A stretch of DNA of 64,000 nucleotides from Parcubacteria group bacterium (GTDB lineage Bacteria > Patescibacteriota > Minisyncoccia > Moranbacterales > UBA9337): the NCBI GenBank assembly GCA_041662245.1, contig JBAZSW010000007.1:163-64162 (forward strand), given 5' to 3'. A program made the position numbers and the translations under genes. Shown here in pieces: positions 50,321 to 59,571 of this stretch. The notes under the pieces are model-generated. The model made no database searches. It was given only the letters and a program-made list of their open reading frames with translations, and was not told where the DNA came from. Within the stretch, counting starts at the first letter, position 1. Each line of letters starts with the position of its first letter.

Positions 50321-50800
50321 CTAAGAAAAAAATGCTAATCCTAAAACAATTCCTCCTGAAAGCATGGTTCCCATCAATAAAAGTGGCAGTGATTTTTTGG
50401 CTGGAAAACCAAAGACAAAAGCCGCCAAAGCCCCCGTTAGTCCACCTAAAAGAGGAATGGGAATAGCCGCTAAAATAAAAACTGCCCAAAGTCCATATTT
50501 TTTAATTTTTTTGTCAGCTCTTTTTTTAGTATGTTCAAATAACCAATCAAAAAAACTTTTAAAAAATGAAACATGCTTGGATAAAAATTCAGAAATAGGA
50601 TCAAGCAAAAAAACTATCAAGATCATTGCAAAATAAGTGCCCAAAACTGAGTAAAGCCAAGCTAAAAAAGGGCTGAGATGGTAAACCTTAAGCGCTAAGG
50701 GGATAGAGGCTCGCAGTTCAGTAACGGGTATCATGGCTATTAAAAAAGTTGCCCATCCTTTGGGAAAATTCACAAACCAATTTATTATAATATCTTCCAT
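50321..50800 (-). CDS. Small multidrug export family (COG2426-like) membrane protein
   Basis: MIPVTELRASIP and AIPIP..G..TGALAA motifs. Confidence 0.85.
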   Translation of the reverse strand: MEDIIINWFVNFPKGWATFLIAMIPVTELRASIPLALKVYHLSPFLAWLYSVLGTYFAMILIVFLLDPISEFLSKHVSFFKSFFDWLFEHTKKRADKKIKKYGLWAVFILAAIPIPLLGGLTGALAAFVFGFPAKKSLPLLLMGTMLSGGIVLGLAFFS

Positions 50801-50959
50801 GATTAAAAAGTAATTTATTTATTAAGTATATTTTAGCATTATAAATAGTTTTGCGCTATATCCGGTTATCTTTACATAAAATGTTAAAAGTGTTATGCTA
50901 TAAAAATACAAAAATGGTTCATTTTTATAGCAATTACAAAAAATACAGGAGGTGCTATA

Positions 50960-51325
50960 TTGAAAAAGATAAGTGCTAAAAATATCGCAGGTGCACTTAG
51001 TACATCAATTGTAGTAGTTTCAATGGGCATATGGTTTATTTTTAAGTTTTTCAATGATTTAAGATTCAAACAAATCAATGAAATTGAAGAAATAAACAAT
51101 GTTATAATTTTTAAAGGTAATAGTAAAGAATTGTTTGTCTTAGAAAAATTTAGTAGATATTCTGTAGATATTTCAAACAACACGATAGCTTTCACATATT
51201 TCGGATGTGCTTTGAAGAATGATTGTCATAAGTTCAGAATTTCGAGAAGGATTTCGAAAAGATTAAAAGAAGTTCTCATTCCGTCCGATTTCCTTTATGA
51301 GCAAGGATTGTACCGCCTTCGTTGA
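50960..51325 (+). CDS. Hypothetical protein with N-terminal TM segment
   Basis: SD AGGAGG with TTG start; 121 aa. Confidence 0.6.
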   Translation: MKKISAKNIAGALSTSIVVVSMGIWFIFKFFNDLRFKQINEIEEINNVIIFKGNSKELFVLEKFSRYSVDISNNTIAFTYFGCALKNDCHKFRISRRISKRLKEVLIPSDFLYEQGLYRLR

Positions 51326-51385
51326 AAGTCCTTGACTATGCAATCGAAAAGACTTGAATTATATAATTAATAATTTGAGTCTTTT

Positions 51386-51766
51386 TTATTTTTTTCGATA
51401 GTTCTCAATTGCTTTTTTAATAGCATCGGCCGCTAAGTTGCTACAATGCATCTTTAATTGAGGCAATCCCCCTAGTTCATCAGCGACTTGTTGATTAGTT
51501 ATTTTATAGGCTTCATCCAATGTTTTTCCTTTAACCATTTCAGTTGCCATTGAGCTTGTCGCAATAGCGGCTCCACAGCCAAGAGTTTGGAATTTTACAT
51601 CTTTAATGACATCTTCTCCCTGCTTATTTTTGATAATTTTTAGATAAATTTTCATAATATCCCCACATTTAGGATTACCTACTGTCGCTTCTCCATCAGC
51701 CTCGGGGATTTCTCCAAGATTGCGAGGTTTCATAAAATAATCTAAAACTTTTTTTGAGTATTGCAT
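51386..51766 (-). CDS. iscU: Fe-S cluster scaffold IscU/NifU-like
   Basis: GNPKCGD, GCGAAIA and KMHCSNL motifs. Confidence 0.93.
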   Translation of the reverse strand: MQYSKKVLDYFMKPRNLGEIPEADGEATVGNPKCGDIMKIYLKIIKNKQGEDVIKDVKFQTLGCGAAIATSSMATEMVKGKTLDEAYKITNQQVADELGGLPQLKMHCSNLAADAIKKAIENYRKK

Positions 51767-51912
51767 GTTATTCTCTACAAATTACGAGTAAAATGCTAAT
51801 TTACAATGGCATTTTATTCGTAGGTGCGTAGTTTAAAGTTAAACATTTGTTATTTAATTATTGAATATTTTTGGCATTTTTGTAATTTCGTAAAATTTGT
51901 ATTTCATAGAGA

Positions 51913-53115
51913 TTACTTAAATTCTGATAAAACATTTCCAGAAATTTTTCTTAATCTTTCAATAATTTCTTTTATTTTTTCTACTGTAAAATCAATCTCT
52001 TCTTGAGTAGTGTGCTTGCCCAAAGTTAGACGCAAACTGCCATGGGCCTGTTCGTGTTTAAGTCCAAGAGCCAAGAGAACATGAGACGGACTTAATGATC
52101 CAGAAGAACAAGCTGATCCAGTAGAAGCACAAATTCCTTCCATGTCTAGTGACAGTAGTAATCCTTCTCCCTCAATGTTGTCAAATCTAAAGTTGGCATT
52201 ATTGGGAGAACGATTTTCTCTAGGACCATTTAAATAAGAGGCGGGAATTTCTTTTAATACTTTTTCAATTAAATAATCTCGCAACTTGCTAATTTGAGAT
52301 GCATCGATATTTTTTATTTCATCAAGCGCTATTCCTAGTCCGGCGATAGCGGGGACATTTTGAGTTCCTGCGCGTAAATTAAATTCCTGTGCTCCTCCGG
52401 TTTGAATTTCTTTTAAGGGCGTTCCTTTCTTTACATAAAGAGCTCCTGTTCCCTTGGGTCCATAAAATTTGTGAGCCGAAAAAGACAATAAATCCACTCC
52501 TAATTTTTGGACATCACAATCTAAATAATTAATTGCTTGCACGGCGTCAGTGTGGAATAATATTTTATTTTTTCTTTCAATATTTAATTTTTTAATCAGA
52601 TTTCCAATTTCTGCTATGGGCTCAATCGTTCCAATTTCATTATTAACATACATTATGGAAACAAAGATGGTATTTTCACGAATAGCTTCTTCTAATTTTG
52701 CAATATTAACCAACCCCTGAGAGTCCACTGTTAAAAAAGTAGCTTCAATAAGGTCAGATTTTTGAAGATCTTCAATAGTTTCCAATACACAGTGATGTTC
52801 AATTGTAGAGGTTAAAAAATGAGGCTTGGCGGCGTTTTTGCCATTTTTAGCATAGTAATGGCTCAAAGCTCCTCGAATGGCTAAATTGTTGCTTTCTGTG
52901 GCCCCAGAAGTGAAAAATATCTCACTCATTTGAGAGTTCAAAAAACTGGCTACTTTTTGCCTAGTTTCATCTAAGGCATTCATAGCAGTTTGTCCCATAT
53001 TATGAACCGAAGAAGGATTGCCAAAATCATCCGAAAAATAAGGCAACATTTTAGCTAAAACTTTTTTATCGACAGGAGTGGTAGCGGCATAATCTAAATA
53101 TATTTTTTTGTTCAT
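51913..53115 (-). CDS. iscS: Cysteine desulfurase IscS/NifS
   Basis: YLDYAATTP, SAHKFYGPKG and STGSACSS motifs. Confidence 0.94.
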   Translation of the reverse strand: MNKKIYLDYAATTPVDKKVLAKMLPYFSDDFGNPSSVHNMGQTAMNALDETRQKVASFLNSQMSEIFFTSGATESNNLAIRGALSHYYAKNGKNAAKPHFLTSTIEHHCVLETIEDLQKSDLIEATFLTVDSQGLVNIAKLEEAIRENTIFVSIMYVNNEIGTIEPIAEIGNLIKKLNIERKNKILFHTDAVQAINYLDCDVQKLGVDLLSFSAHKFYGPKGTGALYVKKGTPLKEIQTGGAQEFNLRAGTQNVPAIAGLGIALDEIKNIDASQISKLRDYLIEKVLKEIPASYLNGPRENRSPNNANFRFDNIEGEGLLLSLDMEGICASTGSACSSGSLSPSHVLLALGLKHEQAHGSLRLTLGKHTTQEEIDFTVEKIKEIIERLRKISGNVLSEFK

Positions 53116-53183
53116 AATGTTTTCTCTATTAGCCTCCAACTCTTCCCTTTAGCAAAGGGAGGGCTGGGGAAGGTTTTACTTTT

Positions 53184-53621
53184 TTATACTGATTCCAATT
53201 TTCTCTTATCCTTTTCTTTACTAAGGAGAGGAGGATCTGGTATTAAATCACTTAGTTTTATATTATCTAAAGTTTTCTTAATTTCTTGGCTCAACTTTAC
53301 CCAAACTTTTTTTGAGGCGCACTGGCTATTTTTGCATTCGGCACTTAAACATTTTTTTGGCTCAATTTTTCCTTCTAATATTTCTACAATTTCACCTACA
53401 GTTATGTTGGGAGGTTCTTTTGCTAAAGTATATCCCCCACTCTTTCCTTTTTGACTCAGGACAATTTTGGCCGATTTTAGTTTAATAAAAATCTGCTCCA
53501 AATATTTGGCGGAGATATGTTCTTCTTGGGATATTTCTGTAATGCTTTTTAAATAAGGATAATCTTTGGCTAAGGTTACCATGGCACGCAATCCGTATTC
53601 AGCTTTAGTAGAAAATTTCAT
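53184..53621 (-). CDS. Rrf2 family regulator (IscR-like)
   Basis: STKAEYGLRA, YLEQI and G..GGY motifs, three C-terminal Cys; heads iscSU. Confidence 0.9.
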   Translation of the reverse strand: MKFSTKAEYGLRAMVTLAKDYPYLKSITEISQEEHISAKYLEQIFIKLKSAKIVLSQKGKSGGYTLAKEPPNITVGEIVEILEGKIEPKKCLSAECKNSQCASKKVWVKLSQEIKKTLDNIKLSDLIPDPPLLSKEKDKRKLESV

Positions 53622-53631
53622 AAATTTATTC

Positions 53632-53686
53632 TATTCATACTATTTTACTATGCTTTAAGTATAATAAATTCTTGCAGAGTTGTCAA
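53632..53686 (-). promoter_or_regulatory. Promoter TTGACA-17-TATACT with downstream imperfect palindrome (candidate Rrf2 operator)
   Basis: Minus strand reads ttgaca actctgcaagaatttat tatact taaag CATAGTAaaaTAGTATG aata. Confidence 0.6.
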
Positions 53687-53734
53687 ATAAAAAAACAGAG
53701 GAGAAACCACGTGGGTTTTTCCTCTGGAAACAGT

Positions 53735-54214
53735 TTAGGCAGCCATTCTTCTTTTTTTAAAATGAATTCGAAAAATTGTTTTTTTCTGCTGGGAGGGATG
53801 GCATAGTTCTTTGACTTTTCTTTTTCCGTCAGAGGAGAGTTTATAAGCAGATTGTATTCGGTGTTGTCCGAAATTAAGAACAATTCCAATCATATTTTTA
53901 GTGCAGAATTTTTCGAATTTTTTGGAATCTAGTCGGCTGAGATCTTCCTTTTTGACTAGTCTTTCGCTATGCAGATGATAGAGAGTATTGGAAATTACTT
54001 TTAAGAAATGAATTCTGTCGTCATCAAGCAATTTTATTGCTCGTTTTGCAAAATCCCACTCCTCCAATTTATCATAAATGAAATTTCGAGAAGACCATTT
54101 ATTGCTAGGAGCCAAAGATAAAATCAAAAGACAAATCCTTCGCCAATGTTTACCTGCTAGCAACTCCTCTACTTTTTCCTTTATTGTATTTTCTAAAATA
54201 GAATTTCCCGCCAT
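53735..54214 (-). CDS. Hypothetical protein, possibly winged-helix-like
   Basis: SD GGAGG before MAGNS; NTLYHL....LV and YKLSSDG resemble wHTH elements. Confidence 0.6.
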   Translation of the reverse strand: MAGNSILENTIKEKVEELLAGKHWRRICLLILSLAPSNKWSSRNFIYDKLEEWDFAKRAIKLLDDDRIHFLKVISNTLYHLHSERLVKKEDLSRLDSKKFEKFCTKNMIGIVLNFGQHRIQSAYKLSSDGKRKVKELCHPSQQKKTIFRIHFKKRRMAA

Positions 54215-54324
54215 GATCTGTACCTCCAAAAATTTTGGCTATTTTTTACTTAAAACAACTAGGACAAAATTAACTTTACAACTTTTGTTGAAATAGTCAA
54301 GGGCATTTTTTTAAAGACAACTTT

Positions 54325-55371
54325 TTATTTAGGAGTTTTTCCTGCCAATTGACCACAGGCTCCCGAGATATCATCGCCGAGACTTTTGCGAATAGTAACT
54401 GATATTTTTTCTTTTTCTAAAGTATTTTTAAATTTTTGAGTAGTTTCACGCGAGGAGGGGTTGAGCCCAAAACCGATAGAATTATAGCGAATTAAATTAA
54501 CATGCAATAATTTAATATTACCAATTTCTTTTAAAAATTTAGCCAGTAGTAAGGCATCCTGACGTGTATCATTAATTTTATCCATTAATATATATTCAAT
54601 AAATATTTTTCTTTTATTTTTAATCAAATATTTTTGTAAAACTTCTTTTAATTTATTTAAATCATAAAGCCGGTTAACTTTCATAAATTGACTTCTTCTT
54701 TGATTATTTGCAAAATGTAAAGAAATGGCAAGATTAGCTTGAGGAAATTCATCAAAAAAACTTTCTATTTTATCAGGAATTCCCGCCGTAGATACAGAGA
54801 TGCTCCTATTCCCAAAACCCATCAATTTTGGGTCAGTAAGTTCGCTAATACTTTCTCGGACATTTTCCCAATTTAAAAAAGGCTCCCCCATTCCCATAAA
54901 AACAATACTGTCTAATTTTAAATTTTCATTTTTAAATTTTAAATTATTCTTTATGTATTGACTCCAAAATAAAACTTGGCTGGTAATCTCATCTGCGCTC
55001 AAATCTCTTTTGAAGCCATTTTTTCCAGTAGCACAAAAAAGACATCCCAAGGAACAACCCACTTGCGAAGAAACACAGACTGACCAAAGGTTGGGTTTAG
55101 GAGAAATTAAAACTGTTTCGATTAAATTTTTATCTTCCAGTAGAAGCAGGGCCTTAATTGCTCGCTTATCCTTAGAAATTAAAATAGTCTGGATTTCAAA
55201 AGGAAGAATTTTTAGCTGAGTATTTAGGAGATTTCTTAAATCCAAAGGAATATTGGATATTTTTAAAAAGGAATCTACTCCCTCAGAAAAAATCGCTTTT
55301 TGAATTTGAGCCAATCGGTAGCGGGGAATATTATTTTTGGCAATTATTTCTTCTAATTTTTTATTATCCAT
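54325..55371 (-). CDS. rlmN: Radical SAM RNA methyltransferase RlmN
   Basis: CVSSQVGCSLGCLFCATG, MGMGEP and DI.GACGQL motifs. Confidence 0.94.
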   Translation of the reverse strand: MDNKKLEEIIAKNNIPRYRLAQIQKAIFSEGVDSFLKISNIPLDLRNLLNTQLKILPFEIQTILISKDKRAIKALLLLEDKNLIETVLISPKPNLWSVCVSSQVGCSLGCLFCATGKNGFKRDLSADEITSQVLFWSQYIKNNLKFKNENLKLDSIVFMGMGEPFLNWENVRESISELTDPKLMGFGNRSISVSTAGIPDKIESFFDEFPQANLAISLHFANNQRRSQFMKVNRLYDLNKLKEVLQKYLIKNKRKIFIEYILMDKINDTRQDALLLAKFLKEIGNIKLLHVNLIRYNSIGFGLNPSSRETTQKFKNTLEKEKISVTIRKSLGDDISGACGQLAGKTPK

Positions 55372-55589
55372 AAATAAATTGATTTATTTAAGTTAGTTAA
55401 TTGTACTTTATATATAGTAATTCACTCGGATAATTAACACAAGAATAACAGCTATTTGGGTTGACGTCGTGCCATTTATGGACTAAGATTATTATCTGGA
55501 GATACAATAATTTGTGATTTCCGAAAGCAGTTCTTTGGGGTTTGTTTCTTTGTACATTTTATTAAAAGCTAACTTATTAAGGGGGCAAC

Positions 55590-55976
55590 ATGAAGAGAAA
55601 AAGAATTTCTGGCTCAAGCAATGATGATCTTAAAAAATTAAGAGAGTCATTGAGAAATCATTTGAAAAATTCTAAAGATCTCATTGATGTCTTAAGAGCA
55701 TATTTTGTAGAAGAAGATGGAAGTCATATTCTGTTTAAATGCCCCACGGGGAAAGACAAGCATTCTATATTTGATACATCTCAACAAGCGTTTTTTTGTG
55801 AATGTGGCTGCGTGGGCAAAGGGGATGTGTTTGCCCTAGTGATGCATGTTGAGGGGCTTACTTTTCCCGCTACGATAGCCAAATTATCTCGCGATACGAT
55901 AATTACGACAGCTAAACAATTGCGAAAAAAAAGAAAAAAAGGAAGAAATCCAAACTTTAGAGAACTATTTCAGTAG
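55590..55976 (+). CDS. Stand-alone CHC2-like (primase zinc-binding domain-like) protein
   Basis: CP....F.C..GC..GDVF.LVM.VEGLTF...I..L pattern. Confidence 0.65.
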   Translation: MKRKRISGSSNDDLKKLRESLRNHLKNSKDLIDVLRAYFVEEDGSHILFKCPTGKDKHSIFDTSQQAFFCECGCVGKGDVFALVMHVEGLTFPATIAKLSRDTIITTAKQLRKKRKKGRNPNFRELFQ

Positions 55977-56057
55977 TCAAGTTGAGACCACCGTATTTGC
56001 TAGGGGCAAATACGGTGTTTTTGTTCGCTAATAATTTTAAATTAAGTTATAATGAAG

Positions 56058-56185
56058 TTGAAAAAGCTTTCAGAATAAACGAGCGAAAAATTGAGACCCA
56101 CCTGGAGTTCAGGGAAAAAATTTATTTTTTCCGATACTTTTTTCAAGGGACTCACGCGTTTGTCTTGCATTGAGAGCTTTTTTAT
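56058..56185 (+). ncRNA. Candidate structured small RNA
   Basis: TATAAT at 56048-53; nested pairing of ends and internal stems; T-rich 3' end. Confidence 0.45.
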
Positions 56186-56256
56186 TTGAATAATTTTTTG
56201 ATATTAAAATAATTTGAGGTGCCAGCAATGTTTTGCCGACACCTATTTTGAGAAGT

Positions 56257-56460
56257 TTAATTTAATAGTCTTTTTCGTTTGCTTTGATACTGTAAGCGTT
56301 TTAGTTCAGTTTCACTCTTAAGACCCAATTGCTCAAGAGTATGAATTCCTGAAGAGATTTCAACTATGAGATCGTTGATTTCTCTCTGCGCTTCTTTTTG
56401 AGAAAAGAGCCCCCTTCTCAATGATTCCAGCGTTACCATTGGATCAACATGTAAACTCAT
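56257..56460 (-). CDS. Small hypothetical protein
   Basis: 67 aa; SD AAGGAGG. Confidence 0.6.
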   Translation of the reverse strand: MSLHVDPMVTLESLRRGLFSQKEAQREINDLIVEISSGIHTLEQLGLKSETELKRLQYQSKRKRLLN

Positions 56461-56645
56461 TTTATCTTCCTCCTTTTTACCTATTTAATAAAAACAAAAG
56501 TTATTTTTATCTTACATTTTATATTAAAAAATGCAAGTTATTGAAAATTTACTCAAGATTTAAAATTATTTATTTTTGCTAGAATATTTAGATTATTTCT
56601 GATATAATTATGTATAATTAGATTATTAACACTTGCTTATTTTAT

Positions 56646-57758
56646 ATGCGCATCTCCTACTCAGCTCTCAATTCTTATAAAATTTGTCCGCTGAAATATA
56701 AATTTCAATATATTGATAAAATCAGGACCCCCAAATCCAAGGAGGCCGTTTTTGGAACACTGGTTCATTCTACTTTAAATTTTGTCCATACTCCTGGGAT
56801 TCTTTCTCCTTCTATGGAGCAAGCCATGGATCATTTTTCTAAGAATTGGAACAGTGATGTTTTTGCTGATGAACTTGAAGAAAGAGCGGCTTTTTCACAG
56901 GGGATAGAAATTATTCGTCGTTATTATCATGACAATGATATCTCTAAAATAAATATTGTGGCGCTAGAAAGTCCTTTCCAGATAAAATTAGGCGAGCATG
57001 TTGTGAGTGGTATTATCGATAGGATTGACCGGACGGAAGATGGTTATGAAATTGTAGATTATAAAACTGCCAAAAAAATGCCTTCTCAAGAAAAGGTGGA
57101 TAATGATGTGCAGTTAACTATTTACCTAGCTGCTTTTCTGGCAAGGTATCCGGAAGAAATAAAAAATTTAGATAAATTAAAAGTTAGTTTGTATTTTGTA
57201 AAACATGGAGCTAAGTTAACTTCTACGCGAACTGAGGAAGATTTAAAAAATATAGAAAAAACATTTTTGGAAGTAATTGAAAAAATCGGAGAAAGTGAAT
57301 TTCATCCTATTGTTAATCCCCTTTGCGATTGGTGTGATTTTCAAAATCGTTGTCCAATGTGGAAACACAAATTTAAAGAAACTAGAAAAATTGATACCCA
57401 AGAAGTTAATACTGCTATTAGCGAATATATAGCAGCTAAAGACGAAGCTAAACATATTCGTACTAAGATTGCTCAGTTGCAGGAAGTTGTTTCTAGATAT
57501 ATGGATCAAGAAGGAGTAGAAAGAGTTTTTTCCGATACAGGAATTATCGCTCGTACCCTGAGGCAAAGCTATAAATATGACGATCAAAAGTTGCGAGAAA
57601 TATTGGAGCCTTTGGGAAAATGGGAGGCTATAAATAAAGTTAATCAAACAGCTCTAAAGACTGTTTTGGCTACTCTACCTGCTTTGACTAAAAAGAAAAT
57701 AGAGGAAACAAAAAAAATCGACAAAGAATCAATTGGGTTTAGTATTAAAAAGCAATAA
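56646..57758 (+). CDS. PD-(D/E)XK nuclease (RecB/AddB/Cas4-like) with probable Fe-S staple
   Basis: SYSAL..Y..CP, FGTLVH, G.IDRID, IVDYKT, QL.IY and CDWCDF...C motifs. Confidence 0.88.
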   Translation: MRISYSALNSYKICPLKYKFQYIDKIRTPKSKEAVFGTLVHSTLNFVHTPGILSPSMEQAMDHFSKNWNSDVFADELEERAAFSQGIEIIRRYYHDNDISKINIVALESPFQIKLGEHVVSGIIDRIDRTEDGYEIVDYKTAKKMPSQEKVDNDVQLTIYLAAFLARYPEEIKNLDKLKVSLYFVKHGAKLTSTRTEEDLKNIEKTFLEVIEKIGESEFHPIVNPLCDWCDFQNRCPMWKHKFKETRKIDTQEVNTAISEYIAAKDEAKHIRTKIAQLQEVVSRYMDQEGVERVFSDTGIIARTLRQSYKYDDQKLREILEPLGKWEAINKVNQTALKTVLATLPALTKKKIEETKKIDKESIGFSIKKQ

Positions 57759-57786
57759 ATAAAACTACCCCAATGAGCTTTAAAAA

Positions 57787-58503
57787 TTATTTTCCTCTTA
57801 TTATGCTTCCTTCAAAACTTTTTCCTTCAATATAATTTTGCATATTTTCAAGATGGCTTCCTCCGATAATGGCAACTTCAAGATTATTTTCTTGGGCTAA
57901 TTTAGAAGCAATGGGATCAAAAGGAGCATTCATCCCCGGATCCCAAGTCTCCCCTACTATCTTTCGAAATTCTGTCCAAGAAATTTTTTCTATTTTCTTA
58001 GCATCATTAAATTTATTGGGATCTTTATTGTATAGGTAAGTAATATTAGAAAGGTTAATCAATTTTTCAGCTTCAAATCTTTGGGCTAAAATTGTGGCCA
58101 CATAATCAGTGGACCACCCCGGACGCCATCCTGCCGCTACCATAACTTTTTCACCACTGGCAAAATGTTCTTTTACATCTTCCTTGGTGCGAGGGTTTTT
58201 GTTAATGCGAGGATGGGCATATTTTTTGAAAACTGTTTTTATGAAATGAGCATTCATTCGAGTAGCATGGATTCCTAACCAATCCCTTTCTTCACTATCA
58301 ATATTACCCACTTCTGCCGCTGCTTGAATATAATTTCGAGCTATTTTTCCTCCCCCTGTGATAATTACAAAACGATAACCTTTGTCAATTTCTTCTTCTA
58401 TAATAGTTTTAAATTTAATAATAAAATCAGAATTTATTTTTTCTGGAAAAATTAAAGATCCGCCTAAAGAAATAACGATTATGTTTTTACTAAAATTATT
58501 CAT
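57787..58503 (-). CDS. pyrH: UMP kinase, archaeal-type
   Basis: SLGGS, GGG..AR.Y, D.LGI.ATR.NA and PGWSTDYVA motifs. Confidence 0.88.
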   Translation of the reverse strand: MNNFSKNIIVISLGGSLIFPEKINSDFIIKFKTIIEEEIDKGYRFVIITGGGKIARNYIQAAAEVGNIDSEERDWLGIHATRMNAHFIKTVFKKYAHPRINKNPRTKEDVKEHFASGEKVMVAAGWRPGWSTDYVATILAQRFEAEKLINLSNITYLYNKDPNKFNDAKKIEKISWTEFRKIVGETWDPGMNAPFDPIASKLAQENNLEVAIIGGSHLENMQNYIEGKSFEGSIIRGK

Positions 58504-58570
58504 TTTTTTAAGATTAATTATTATGTCCGCAAAAAAACAATCCGCCAAAGGTGGATTGTTTCGATTTCTA

Positions 58571-59551
58571 TTATTTATGAATTGTTTTTAATCCTCGATT
58601 GTAGCTACTTACCAGTAGCGCCGAAGCCACAAAGACTGAAGAATACGTTCCAAAGCCAATTCCTACCAATAAAGCTAAAGAAAAATATTTAATTGATTCT
58701 CCGCCAAATAATACAATCACTATTAAAACTATTATAACGGTAAAGGCGGTATTAAAAGATCGTGCCAATGTTTCCATTATGGAGCGGTTAGTAATGTTCT
58801 CAAAATTTTCCTTGGTGCTGGATCGGATTAAATTTTCTCTAATTCTGTCATAAACCACGATGGTGTCATTAACTGAATAACCTAAAATTGTCAGTAATGC
58901 AGCTATGAAGGAAACACCCACTTCAATACCGAAAAATCTTCCCATAAGAACAAAGAATCCAATAGTAATAATAATGTCATGCAATAAGGCTATAATGGCG
59001 CAAATTCCGTATTGCCAAGAGGTCACGGGATAAGAAACTTTTCTGAAAGCCCAAGCTATATATAACGCAATCCCGACGAGAGCTAAAATAGTGGCAATTA
59101 TTGCATTTCTTTTTAATTGATTAGATACCGATGCGCCTACAAAATCAACTCTGGTTTGTTCTACCTTTGCATTAAACTCATCTAATCTTTCAATAACTTT
59201 TTCATTAGTGGACTCATCTGAACCAACATAACGCAACACAACCACATTTTCATCGGATACCTGAACATTTAAGCTTTCCAAATTTAAATCAGTTAATTTG
59301 TTTTCAATATCCTCTCGTGTGGGAGCTTTATAGGGTTCATTTTCTGCAGTCTCAGTTGCAATAGTGCTATCATCTGGGATAGATGGCTCAGTAGGCAGCG
59401 TTTCTTTTTTTGAGAATTGAATTTCCATTAGAGTGCCTCCTCTAAAATCAATACCCAATTTTAGCCCCCAAGTGAATAATGCCACAATACTTAAAATAGT
59501 CAGTGTTCCTGAAAAAATGTAAGCATATTTTCTTTTTCCCATTATATCCAT
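58571..59551 (-). CDS. secF: Protein translocase subunit SecF
   Basis: LGIDFRGG, HD and GYSVNDTIVVYDRIRE motifs. Confidence 0.95.
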   Translation of the reverse strand: MDIMGKRKYAYIFSGTLTILSIVALFTWGLKLGIDFRGGTLMEIQFSKKETLPTEPSIPDDSTIATETAENEPYKAPTREDIENKLTDLNLESLNVQVSDENVVVLRYVGSDESTNEKVIERLDEFNAKVEQTRVDFVGASVSNQLKRNAIIATILALVGIALYIAWAFRKVSYPVTSWQYGICAIIALLHDIIITIGFFVLMGRFFGIEVGVSFIAALLTILGYSVNDTIVVYDRIRENLIRSSTKENFENITNRSIMETLARSFNTAFTVIIVLIVIVLFGGESIKYFSLALLVGIGFGTYSSVFVASALLVSSYNRGLKTIHK

Positions 59552-59571
59552 TTTTTTATTTCAAAATAAAA

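Noticed and set aside
55982-56173. 63-aa ORF (+)
   Set aside because: It spans a terminator and a promoter box, and is better explained as non-coding structure.
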